Below, one piece after another: positions 26,957 through 39,510 of a stretch of DNA of 64,000 bases. This stretch comes from Lingula anatina. Lineage: Eukaryota; Animalia; Brachiopoda. Positions within the stretch are counted from its first letter, which is position 1. Every line of letters starts with the position of its first letter. Location of the stretch: the NCBI GenBank assembly GCA_051362555.1, contig CM120641.1, positions 18,724,001 to 18,788,000 of the forward strand, written 5' to 3'. The notes under the pieces are model-generated. The model had not been told where the DNA came from, did not search any database, and saw nothing but the letters and a program-made list of their open reading frames with translations. Made by a program: the position numbers and the translations under genes.

Positions 26957-29900
26957 ATGTCTTCAAATGTTCCAAAGAAGGAAGATCTTTCCCCAGTATC
27001 CCATGGCATAAAGGATGATTATATTGAATACTTGGAGAGATATAATGCCAGTTTGCCACCACCCACTGCCCCTCCAACTCACCATTCACATCCACTTATC
27101 AGAAGCCTGCCACAAGGTGTATGGTGGGGATACATACCAGAAGGGGACATCCCAGATAACAAATACTGGAGAAAACGGGTCCAATACCAAAAGGATTTTG
27201 GAGTAAGTATTGAAGGGATGGTCATCCCATCTTTTCACACTGTCTTCAAAAAATTGTGTTTTCTTTGATTTCAAAGTAATAAATAAGGAGTAGTTTTAGT
27301 GCGATAATGACCTTTGTGTTCATATTTATTTATGAATTTAAATTTTTAATTATTATGTACAGACACAGATGTGTCTGTACATATTGCCATCACCTGCGTC
27401 AGTCGTCGCTGTCGCCGTCCCCGTACACATTTATCATTAACACGATTAGTGGAAGACAGTTTTACTTTTTGGCTTTATATTTACAGAGCTGATGAATATT
27501 CATAAAACGCAGGTCAAGTTCAAAAATCGTCATGATCGGACCACTATTTTAGTAGTTATACTGTTTTTTTCGCTTTTCAGCATATATGCAACACTGTTAA
27601 CACAATATAAGAAAAACAGATAGGCCAATTGTCATGAAACTCACAGGAGGGTTAATCTTACTAAAACGCAGGTTGAGTTTGAAAATTACATTAATTGGGC
27701 CATTATTTTAGAAGTTATGCTGTTTTTTCACATTTCCTCAGATTCAGTTCCTAGGCATGTTAACAGTCTCATCATTGAACTAATAAGATACGTAAAAGTG
27801 TTTGTTTGACATTTCCTGCATCTTTACAACATTGTTAGTTGATTTTGTAAAAATGATGGTAAACTTGTTATCGTGTATTGTGTAATAAAGTTTCAAAAAT
27901 GGAAATAAACTCATATCATTGCAGTTTGTCAGATTCAATCATTCACTATGTTCAGAATCTCAGAATGGAAGAAATTGGACATTTAACACTGCTCTATTGA
28001 TATTTTTCCCATCTCATCAATTTTCTTAGTTGATCATATAAAAATGGCAGTAAACTGTTAATTTTGTTTTATGTTGAAAATTGTTAAAAATGAAAAAAAA
28101 AAAAACATTTCAGAACAGTGCTGTCTTGTTTACATTTTGGCATTTTCAAGTTGTGACTTTGAAGTTCCATGGGCCTGAAGACCTTTGGTAGTCACATTTT
28201 CTGAATATCCATGATACTAATATTTTATTATTAAAAATTGATGGTCATTATGCTGTTAAAAATTATGTAATATTGCGTCAAAATTTGGAAAAAAAAACCT
28301 ATTTTGGGCACTGCTCCCATGATGGCCATTTAAGAAAAACAATGTCACTTCAGAATCCCAGAATGGAAGAAATTGGACATTTAACACTGCCCTATTGATA
28401 TTTTTCCCATCTCATCAATTTTTTTGGTTGATCGTTTAAAAAATGGCAGTAAACTGTTAATTTTGTTTTATGTTAAAAATTGTTAAAAATGAAATAAAAA
28501 AAAAAAACATTTCAGAACAGTGATGTCTTGTTTACATTTTGGCATTTTCAAGTTGTGACTTAGAAGTTCCATGGGCCTGAAGACCTTTGCTAGTCACATT
28601 TTCTGAATATCCATGATACTAATATTTTATTATTAAAAATTGATGGTCTTTATGCTGTTAAACATTATGTAATGTTGCATAAAAATTTGAAAAAAACCTA
28701 CTTTGGGCACTGCTCCCATGATGACCATTTAAGAAAAACCATGTCACTTACTGTTCTCAAACAGTAAAGTAAATATATATAGATATGTCTGTACATATTG
28801 CCATCAACTGCGTCTGTCGTCGCCGTCATTGTTGGTGCCGGCGCCGTGCACTTTCATTGTAAACACGATAAGTGGAAGGCAGTTTTACTTTTTGGCTTTA
28901 TATTTACAGAGCTGATGAATATTCATAAAACGCAGGTCAAGTCAGAAAATCAGCATGATCGGGCCATTATTTTAGAAGTTATGCTTTTTTTTCACATTTC
29001 CTCAGATTCAATTCTTAGGCATGTTAACAGTTTCATTATTTAATTAATAAGATACGTAAAAGTGTTTGTTTTACATATCCTGCATCTTCACAACATTGTT
29101 AGTTGATTTTGTTAAAATGATGGTAAACTTATTATCATGTATTGTATAATAGAGTTTCAAAAATGGAAATAAACTCATATCATTGCAGTTTGTCAGATTC
29201 ATTCATTCACTATGTACAGAAACTCAGAATGGAGGAAATTGGACATTAAACACTGCTCTATTGATATTTTTCCCATCTCATCAATTTTATTAGTTGATCA
29301 TATAAAAATGGCAGTAAACTGTTTATTTTGTTTTATGTTAAAAAATTGTTAAAAATGGGAGAAAAAAAACATTTCAGAACAGTGCTGTCTTGTTTACATT
29401 TTGGCATTTTCAAGGTGTGACTTTGAAGTTCCATGGGCCTGAAGACCTTTGCTAGTCACATTTTCTGAATATCCATGATACTAATATTTTATTATTAAAA
29501 ATTGATGGTTATTATCCTGTTAAACATTATGTAATATTGCATCAAAATTTGAGGAAACCCCTATTTTGGACACTGCTCCCATGATGACCATTTTAGGAAA
29601 ACCATGTCACTTACTGTTCTCAAATTTACAGCAGTAGGACACATACTGTCGAAAAGCGGTGTACTTCGGCACATCATGATTGTTGTTTTGCTACGTCCGC
29701 GTAACAAAATAGCCCGAGAACGGCGACTCGTTGAAAATGTGTACGTTACACGTAAATCTATATTGCAAAAAATCTACAGTGGCTTGAACTTTTATATTTT
29801 AAAAAGTGAATAAGCATTTGTTCTTCTGTCGCAAATTAGCATAGTTTTACCAATAAACCGTAAAGAATTCTTTCCACCGCGTCCTGAATACAGAGGACGG

Positions 29901-32900
29901 AATTTTTTTCAGAACCAAAAACGCAAATGTCTAGGGAGGGACTATAATGCGATAAATTTGTTTACAAATATAAAATTCGCTTAAATTGCGAAAAAAGATT
30001 GCTTAAGTATAAAGGTTTTCAATTTTTAAAGGAAAATCCCGCACACTCTTTGGTTTGTCAGTCTCAACCGAAAATCTGGGAAGTTGTCAAAATCAGCAGA
30101 AATTTACTCCCGCGCAAAACCATCGAATAAAATACCCATTTTTGCCGTCATTCAAGCAAATAAACACCTTTATTCACTCTAAAAAGTTTCAAACTAACCT
30201 CAAATTTCACATAAGGTGCTATGATCCACACTTTTGTCCTAAGCAGCAGACTACTGACCTTGAACTGGTTTGATTCGTAAATATCATGTGACAGAAGTCA
30301 TGTGACATGCTGATTGGGCCTTCAAATTATGCATTTCTTAAGTCCAGTGTGATCACAAATAAGGTTTTCAGTTTATTAGGGCAATGATTGCATGAAATAA
30401 TAAAAATACAACTTAAAATTAATGCCGAAGAACCAATTTTGCCTCTCGTTTTGCGGGAGTTTGTCTGACCTATTTTCATTGGAAATCCCGCAATTTTATC
30501 ACGAGGGTGGACAGGTGGAGTGAATTGTGCGGCCAGTTTCGAATTGCACCAAAACTTGCGGAAATTTGTGACCCACACATGTAAACTATATATGAAGATT
30601 ATAATGAGGTAGGTATAGATTTTCAAAAGAATTCAGAAGTTATACTTTATACGAAAAAAGTGTATGCCTTCCCCCCAACTTCAAGATCATGTTCGGTATA
30701 TATAGTACATTTGGATATGTCCAAGTTGTAAGTTATAGTATACAATGTATCATACATGTAGTTTTGTTAATAGGGGGTGTTGTTCATTCTGCACTGTGTG
30801 ACCTACCCCGACTCATTTACATCACTTTAGTCAACAGATTTACTTAATTTTTGGCAAGTCTGAATAATGATACGAAAGCAGTTTACCAGCGCGAGCACCT
30901 GCCAAGATTCATTTGATAAGTATACGGGGTACATATTTAATCTTCAATTATACACTTCTAATTGTTATACAGCTATATCTCAAAGTACATTCCACAATAC
31001 AAATCTACAGTAGAAAATTTTTGAGCATCATCATATTAGTTCCCAGGAAAGCATTATTATGTAATTCATAGTAAACTTTGTAACGGTGCCTTATGTACCC
31101 CCAGTACCATTAACTATGTGTGGATCGGTTGTGGTCTTCTGTAGTAAGTTTTGATACGTTCTCAATTTATGTAAATGAAAATGTTTATCTTTAACCATGG
31201 TCTCTAATAATTTATGTTGTAGTGGTATTTTTTCATTGCAGGTGAAAATGAAGAGTTTCATGCAAGTAACAGGAAAAGTGGGTGCTACATAATGTGAAAG
31301 TGATCATGATGATATCAATAACGCAACCTTTGTTTATGTATTTATTTCTATACCTCTATTGATAGAGATATGCAAGATATATTTACTGAGTGTTTGGACA
31401 GATCTAAAGCAACTAAAGGCATAGACTTGAAAGTAATTTTTCAATAAAAGTTGATAATTGCAGAAAACCAATAGCCCATGGTTTACCACTTAATTGTTGG
31501 CTTATAATATTCAAAAAGAAAGACAGCAAAGGAATGGAAAAAGAAAAAGAAAACAAGGGAAACAGACATTTTGCAGTTTAGTATACATTAATCATGCCCT
31601 CTCTAAGAATTCATGATTTTGTAAAAAAACATGCAAAATTATAATTTTGTGATTAATGTTGAAAATGACACTATCTTTAAATAATAATTATAAACATTAT
31701 GAGACATGATCACAAAGCTTAAATATGCTTTGTGACATTTTTCTTTTCATTTTCTTTCATATAGTAAAACTAGTATTCGCTGTAACAAGAAAGTCCATGT
31801 GTTTTTAAACAGCCGGTTGTACTTGATAATAAATGCAAATTAAGTGCCCTGGTTATATACAATGTCTTCAAATATTTTAATTGCCAAATGCCTACAGAGA
31901 AGTTCTTTAACATAAAACAATCAAAAACTGCATTTATAAATTATATCACTGACAATGCAACACATGGTGTAGATTGTAACAGCATGATGCCTTGGTTTTG
32001 AAGGTGGATTTATTAGTATCATCATGTCAATTTATTATTTTTTTCTACTATTATAACTTGCCAGATAAAATTGTTCAACATGTTTCAGTATGTTGTATAT
32101 GTTGAATAAAGGATTTTAAAGAAATATATGCTTATTAAAAATACTTATCTGCCAATTAAAATGAAGAAAACAATCCACTTATCTTATCAATGTCACATAA
32201 AACGCAGATAACATTTAGAAATACATATATTAGCCAATTTAAGCTTGCACATTTACCACTGAAAATTTTGACCAGCTCCTTAGATATTGTTTTTGTACAA
32301 ATATCAGTCGTAACATCGTAAAATGGAATTAGGACTAAACCTTATACAAACAGTAACATATATCAACATAAAAATAGAATTACCGACCATATTTAAAACA
32401 AGTATTCCCCAAAGTGCAAATAGGTGAAAATGTAAACAAACATTCAGTTGGGCTCGTCTTGGCCGATGCATGACGTCAAATCCTGAATTTTACACTATCT
32501 TCCTACGAAAACAGCTGAGGCATTTGTTTACATGGATAGATTTGAATAAAAATTTAGCCACACAATTATGGCTTTTAAACACATTATACAGGCTCTGGAA
32601 TTTCCCGCACACTCTCTAGTTTGCAAATTTTAAGGAAAGTTAAGATGTTGCCAAGGAAAAATGTCACCGCGATGTGTGAGTTTGGCAAACATAAACTCGG
32701 TCAAATGAAACATTTCAAAATAAAATATTACATGGGTATGAAGCTTAAATACCCAATTAATATAACATCTGATTGGAAGTATTAGATATTTACTTCTGCA
32801 GATAATATTGACATTTTTCGGTCAAATTTCCACTGTTTCACAAAACGAACGCGACGTAACGTAATGGCGCGTGAAAAAACGATGTAAAAACCCTACGCCG

Positions 32901-35900
32901 TGACAGTATGTGTCCTACTGCAGGAAAGAAACATGGGACTAAAATACAGTTTCATTAGGCAATGCAGTCTGTTTGGTAATTCTTTCTGGCAGTTAAACAG
33001 TTTTTTGTGGAAATTAAATTTTTCACATATTGGCATTTTCAAGGTGTGACTTTGAAGTTCCATGGTCCTGAAGACCTTTGCTAGTCACATTTTCTGAATA
33101 TCCATGATACTAATATTTTATTATTAAACATTAATGGTCATTATCCTGTTAAACATTATGTAATGTTGCATCAAAATTTGAGGAAACCCCTATTTTGGGC
33201 ATTGCTCCCACGATGACCATTTAAGGAAAAACATGTCACTAACTTACAGGAAAGAAACATGGGACTTAGGCTTCGTTCACATGCAATGTCTATTTTCTAA
33301 ATTCTATTTTCTATTTGCGGTATGTCTTATGATCACGGTCTGTGGCCTGAATATCCCGCGGCGTAATTACTGGCAGCGCGAGCCAGTTACTATAAGTTAC
33401 TATAAGTAACTGGCTCGTGCTGCCAGTAATTACGCGGCGGGATATTTAGGGCACAGACCGTGATCATAAGATAGCGCAAATAGAAAATAGAAATTAGAAA
33501 ATAGACATTGCATGTGAACGAAGCCTTAAATTAAGCTTCAGAGGGCAATGCAGTCTATTTGGTAAATTTTTCTGGCAGTTAAACAGTTTTTTGTGAAAAT
33601 TTAATTTTTCACATATTGGCATTTTCAAGGTGTGACTTAGAACCTCCAGGGGCTTGAAGACCCATGCACATTTTCTGAAAATCCATGATACGTATATTTT
33701 ATTATTAAAAACTGATGGTCTTTATGCTGTTAAGCATTATGTAATATTGCATCAAATTAGAAGAAAACACAATTTTCGGTGCTGCTGCTATGATGACCAT
33801 CATGGGAAAACCATGTTACTTATGATTGTCAAACTTTCAAAATAGAAACACAGGACTAAAATGCAGCTCGTGTTAGAAAAGCAGTCTAATTGGCTTCTTT
33901 TTCTGGAAGTTATACATTTTAGTGAAATATTCATTTTTATCATGTTGGCATATTCATTGTGGGACTCAGAGCTCCCATGGACATGAAGCCAAATGGTAAT
34001 CAAATTTTCTACATGTCCATGCTATTTAAAGTCAATAATCAAAAATTATTCTGTAATTTATTATGTTATGTTACAATTGACAAAAATCTTTTTGCACTGC
34101 TACTACAAACATTTTGAAAAGAAAACTGTGTTACTTATTATTATTTTCAACTTACAAGTATGATTTTTAGGATTGGCATGCAGTTCAAAATTAGAAAGCC
34201 GGCTCAATTGGGTTATCATTTATTATTGAATTTATGCAGTTTTGTGTAAAATTTTCATTTTTCTCATTCTGGCATTTTCAAAGTGTGAACTTGAACTCCC
34301 ATGGGCCTGAAGCCTTATGCTTGTTACACATTTTACCCACATTGGTATTACCTGTTGAGCATAATTAAAATTTGATGTTGAATTTTCAGTTAAGCATAAT
34401 TAGTACCACCAGCGTGTACGCTGGCGGTACTCATGGTTTTAGTCCCGACCCGTGTCGTACGGCTCCGTTGGCTCCGCCGGCTCCGCCGGCTCCGTGTTCT
34501 GGCGCCGGATACAAGTCACCGTTACCGCTTCTCCTCCTACACTGCACGGACCTGTGTCCCCATCTCTGGGATTTAGGTTACATATAATCTCAACTTGAAC
34601 CCCCTGTTTTTTTGGTCTCAGTCGGTGCATTGGCCTGGGCGTGACGTTCATGGAAATGCACCCTTGTCAAAATTTTTGAAAATTCAATGCCAAATATCTC
34701 CCAAACTGAAGGAATTATGGGAAAAATTACTATAGAAGTCTGACCGAAAGTCATATATGAGGATTTCAAATATGCCTTTGGATTTGACCTTTGACCTTTA
34801 TTTCAAGGTCAAACGGGCCAAAATTTTCTAAAAATGGGACTTTTTTTGCAGATTTTTTTTTTTGCATTTTTATTTGTGCCGAATTTCAGAAACTACACAG
34901 GCTTAAGCACTCATATTATGATGAGGGAATGCAATTAGGGACTCCTTTCAACTTTGGGAGTTTGGGGTCAATCGGTGCATTTTCATGGGAGAAACGGTCA
35001 TAAGATGCTGAAACTGAAAACTCTCCCTAATTCTGGAACCGTAAATGCTAGAGACCTCTCGTTTTTTGCATTTTGTAGAGCTTGTCAAGCACAATACTGG
35101 AAGTGGTGTCCGTTTTTTTGTTTGCGATACGGCCAAGGAGTTGCGCTATATCAAAAAGCACATCTGAGCAATATTCAGTGGTGAAAATAAAATGTGAAAT
35201 GCTCCAAAAGTAGCAGAGATACACCCATAGTTACTATTGAACTTGAATAGGAAGTCATATACTGGCAATCTGTGACCTTGAAGTTGACCTTTGACCTACT
35301 TTTCACCATGAACTGAACTTTGCAATTTTTCCATCCATTATATCTCCAAAACTAGCAGAGGTACACCCATAGTTACTATTGAACTTGAATAGGAAGTCAT
35401 ATACTGGCAATATAACTGTGACCTTGAAATTGACCTTTGACTTTCTTTTCATGATGAACTGCACTTTGCACATTTTCTGGCCTTAATATTTCCAAAACTG
35501 GCAAAGATATTCCCATAGTTACTATTGAACTTGAATAAGAAGTCACATACTGGCAATCTACATGTAACTGTGGCCTTGAAATTGACCTTTGACCTACTTT
35601 TAACCATGCACTGAACTTTCCAATTTTTCTATCCCTTTTATCTCCAAGACTAGCAGAGATACACCCATGGTTACTTTTGAACTTGAATAGGAAGTCATAT
35701 ACTGGCAATCTAACTGTCAATTTGAAATTGACCTTTGACCTTCTTTTCACCATGAACTGAACTTTGCAAACATCTATCCCTTACATTTCCAAAACTGGCA
35801 GAGATAGGCCTATTTCTTTCTTTCAGTATATATGGAACACAGATAACACATTTCAAAGAAAACTGACAAGCTTATTGTCTTGAAATTCAGCTTGATCAGA

Positions 35901-38900
35901 CAATTTTTATAAAAGTTGTGCTGTCTTTTGCTTTTTTTTTTTTTTTTTTTTTTTGGGGGGGGGGCATATTTCTTGTCTTGTTTATTGCATTTTGAAGAGC
36001 TTGTCAAACACAACACTGAACACTGGTGGTTGTTCCTGTTTGTTTTTGGTTTTCTGTACGATTGCGCTTACTCCAGCTGGTGGTACAATATCCGGAGGCG
36101 GTATCGCCTCTCTGATCCTCTAGTGTACTTTTGCATCGGAATTGACAGTAGCCTCTTTTGTGCATTGTTATTTTCTGCTTTTTGTCTGTACATTTGACAG
36201 CTTTGCTGCCTTGTTTTGTATTTATAAGTGTTTTTTCCTCAGATTTAATCCTTAGGCATGTTAACAGTCTCATTTTTGAACTCATTAGAAATGTAAAGGT
36301 GTTCTTTTGACATTTTCTGTATCTTAACAATATTGTTAGTTGATTATATACAAATGATGGTAAAACTGTTATTGTGTAATAAAGTGTCAAAAATGGAAAT
36401 ATCTTTACAATTTGTCAGATTCAATCATTCACTATGTTCAGAATCTCAGAATGGAGCAAATTGGACATTTTAAATTATATAAATTTCTATTGATATTTTT
36501 CCTATGTCAACAATTTTCTTAGTTGATCATTTAAAAATGACGGTAAATTGATTATTTTGTTTTATGAAAAAAGGTGTTGAAAATGGAAAGAAAATCATTT
36601 CACTACAGTTACCTCTTGTTTACATTTTGGCATTTTGAAGGTGTGACTTTGAACTTCCATGGCCTTGAAGACCTTTCCATGTCACTTTTTCTGAATATTC
36701 ATGATACTTTTATTTTATTATTAAAAATTGATGGTTATTATGCTGTTAAGCATTATGTAATATTGCATCAAAATTGAAGACAACCCTATTTTGGGCACTG
36801 GGCACTGCCTCCATTGTGACTATTAAGGGAAAACTATGTCACTTATCTTCTCAAACTTACAGAAAAGTACCATAGGACCAAAATATAGCTTCAACCTGTC
36901 TCATCGGTTAACTTTTCTTGAAATTATATAGTTTTTTGTTAGAATTAAAATTTTCACATATCCACAATTTAAAGGTGTGACTTTGAACTTCCATTGGCTT
37001 GAAGACCTTTGCTAGTCACATTTTCTGAATATCCATGATACTTTTACTTTATTACTAAACATTGATGGTCATTATGTTGTTAAGCATTATGTTATATTGC
37101 ATAAAAGTTGAAGAAAACCCTATTGTGGACACTGCTGCCATGATGACCATTAAGAGAAAACCATGTTACTTAAGATGCGTAATGAAAAGTTTATTCATAG
37201 GACTGAAGTGCAGCTTGAGTTTGAAAATCAGTGTGATTGTTTTCTGTTTTGGAAGCAATACATTTCTATAGAGTGCTGTATGGTGGTACTGTATATGGAT
37301 GGTAGTCAGTATGTAAGTGTCCCTTGGGTAATCACTAGCTAAATTCAGGGCTATTAAGTCACTTGCCTCATTAACTTTCAAGTGGTCATTAAATGAGATT
37401 GCATAAAACACACGTTGAGATTTCCCTGTAAAGTCCCATAGGTTTAGCTTTCTTAACTATGTCACAAAACTAGGAATCAGTGATAATTATGCAGGTTAAT
37501 GTTGTTTAATATTGCAAATAAGTTTACAGATGAAAAAAATGCCAACATTAATGCTATAGATGAATAACACTGCCTTATTATTCTCAAACTCAATGGGGTT
37601 ATTCATATCATGTCAATACAGTAAAGGCCCAGTCACAATGTCGGCGATCTGTCGGGGATTAGTTTTGGCCGGGGGTCGTCGTAGAAAATAAAGAATCCTT
37701 GAACAATCCTAGCAATAATCCTAATAAAAGTGGAGCAGTCACATTGTCTGAGTTTTTTTCAAGGATTTTGACCCGGTTTTGTCGAAAAATCGTGGGCTCC
37801 GATGCAACGATATCTGCGAGCGTCTTTTCTCGTAATTTTTTTCCCCCTGGGTATATGTGGTTATATATGGGTATATATTCGGAGGACGCCTCCGATTAAT
37901 CGTAGGTCATCGGAGATTGTGTCTGGGATGCCCAAAATGTGTGAAAAATCTTGCGAGCAATCTTAAAATTTTAAGTTCAAAGTTGGGGACCGCGACGGGT
38001 GTGGCGATGTCTAAAAAATCTGCAACAACCCGCAGGCGTCCGGAGAGTGCCTCCGACGGGTGCAAAATCGAGAGAGCTGTCTCAAGATTTTGTTAAAATT
38101 TCCCGGGTTTTACCCATCCCCGACGCATTGCAACTGATTTGTGACTGGGCCTTAAGATTAAACGTTTGAATAGCAGCTTTATTGGAATTTTTCATGTTTT
38201 ATTTTTAATTTTTTAAAATTATTTTTCAAACAGTAGCATCTTCAAGATGCGACTTTTAACTCCCATCTACCAGAAGCTCTGTGCATTTTTTGTATTTCCA
38301 CTTGAGCAGTTGCATTGGTTTTTGTCTTTAAACATTATGTAATATTATTTTATGCACTGTCATAATTTTTCACATATTGAGATTTTCATTATGTGAATTT
38401 GAACTCTCACATATGGTCCTGAAACTGTAATCTTATTGACCATGTTACCTGTTGTGCATGATTAAATTTCAGTGTTGATTGACTGTGCTGTTATAAGCAT
38501 TATTTATTATTGTATCAAAATTGACGACTATGATATTACTATTTTTTGTCTAATTTCAGTGGTCTTTAAACCCAGGAGAGCTTAAACAGACATGGAAGCC
38601 CCGCATCTATATTCCATATGTAATTGGATTTGCCTTATTTGCGGCCTACAGATTCTATATGGTTTTGAGTCCTGAGAGGCAGAAGGTTTTAGTTAACAGG
38701 TAAATATCTGTGATCTCCACAACTAAAACAAATACGTCCAAGGCTACCGTTTTACTTGAATGAGCTTAATCTTCATGATGGTTAACTCTTGGCAGTAACG
38801 CTGCTTCATTCTTGTATTTAGAAAAAATATGTTCCAAATCTGCTTTGTTCAGAATTGTCCGAGAGTACCAGGCTCTCATTTTTGCAATAACCACTGTTTT

Positions 38901-39026
38901 AGATTTCAGACTGAACTATATACAACTGCATATATACTACCTTTGTCTATCTTTTTCAGGACAAAGGATAAAGAGGACAAGAAAAATTTTGTTGACAAAA
39001 TTTTCAAGGGTTATAAATCTGCATGA
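26957..39026 (+). CDS. Uncharacterised ~150-aa single-pass membrane protein (3 coding exons)
   Basis: Exons 26957-27202 (donor GGA|gtaagt), 38560-38699 (tttcag|TGG...AG|gtaaat) and 38960-39026 (ttttcag|G...TGA) join in frame: MSSNVPKKEDL...DNKYWRKRVQYQKDFG|WSLNPGELKQTWKPRIYIPYVIGFALFAAYRFYMVLSPERQKVLVNR|TKDKEDKKNFVDKIFKGYKSA*. One hydrophobic helix; AATAAA at about 39178. Probable non-coding 5' exons end at 23891 and span 26828-26861. Confidence 0.72.
29632..32920. mobile_element. 3.3-kb non-autonomous TIR DNA transposon with CAG target duplication
   Basis: Perfect 19-bp TIRs CAGTAGGACACATACTGTC / GACAGTATGTGTCCTACTG; CAG on both flanks; removing it restores the host repeat ..TTACAG|GAAAGAAACATGGGACT seen intact at 33243. 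No transposase ORF visible. Confidence 0.88.
33269..33525. mobile_element. Fold-back PIF/Harbinger-type MITE
   Basis: Near-perfect 257-bp palindrome, ends GGCTTCGTTCACATGCAATGTC / GACATTGCATGTGAACGAAGCC, TTA on both flanks. Confidence 0.9.
34401..36125 (+). mobile_element. HINE/Helentron-like family B element with ~140-bp core repeats
   Basis: 5' palindrome AGTACCACCAGCGT-GT-ACGCTGGCGGTACT, short GGCTCCGCC repeats, 4-5 tandem ~140-bp cores (35200-35810), 3' subterminal inverted repeat GCTGGTGGTAC (about 36076) and stem-loop GAGGCG-GTAT-CGCCTC before CTAGT. Truncated 5' copy at 39223-39330. Confidence 0.75.
37625..38152. mobile_element. PIF/Harbinger-type MITE
   Basis: TIRs AGGCCCAGTCACAA / TTGTGACTGGGCCT, TAA on both flanks. 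Confidence 0.85.
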
Positions 39027-39351
39027 GAAAGCTACACGGGATGATAAAGATTTTTGTTTGAAGTTTACACAAGCTATTGAATATTAATGTGTCATTTCAC
39101 TGTTTGGAAAAGAAGTAGAAAATTGACATTCGTTGTTTTACCTTTGTCTGATCAGTCTGTTTACTACTTGTGGTTGAAATAAAATGCACGTGAAATGTTT
39201 ATGGTGTACTTTGTTTGATTTCTAGTACCACTAGCGTGTATGCTGATGGTACTCATGGATTCAGTCCCAACACGTCTTGTACGGCTCCATGTTCTGGCGC
39301 CGGAAACAAGTCATCCTTACCACTTCCACTTCTCCACCTCTTAGACCACAA

Positions 39352-39510
39352 CCCAGCAGGCATAGTTGCGTTGGATCAACGTTGAAAACGGGTTGATACG
39401 TTGAATTGCCGTTGATCTACCTAAATTCAACGTCAAATCAACGTTGATCCAGCCACGTCGAAACACCGTCATAATGTGACGTTGACTCAACGTTGTATTT
39501 TGGTCAATGA
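39352..39510. mobile_element. Left end of a CMC/EnSpm-like DNA transposon
   Basis: Terminus CCCAGCAGGCA followed by dense subterminal TCAACGTTGA palindromic repeats; no matching right end found in the window. Confidence 0.5.

Larger units (their letters stand above)
27354..38520 (+). mobile_element. HINE/Helentron-like family A array with internal tandem repeats, interrupted by nested elements
   Basis: Begins with a perfect 14-bp-stem hairpin TATGTACAGACACA-GA-TGTGTCTGTACATA and a (GTC)n-like tract, then repeated blocks (TGGCATTTTCAAG.TGTGACTT.GAA.TTCCATGG.CCTGAAGACCTTTGCTAGTCACATTTTCTGAATATCCATGATAC) at about 28140, 28540, 29400, 33030, 33620, 36630 and 36970, decaying toward 38500. Right boundary approximate. 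Confidence 0.7.

Noticed and set aside
31242-31292. Candidate constitutive last exon of the 150-aa gene
   Set aside because: Lies inside a TIR transposon, and better exons at 38560 and 38960 complete the ORF; kept only as a possible alternative exon.
34372-37411. Numerous 60-130 aa ORFs in the large intron
   Set aside because: All fall in HINE-like repeats, with no codon or domain signal.
26957-39026. Naming the 150-aa protein NDUFB4, NDUFB6 or COX7A
   Set aside because: Only scattered residue resemblance; cannot be supported without a profile search.
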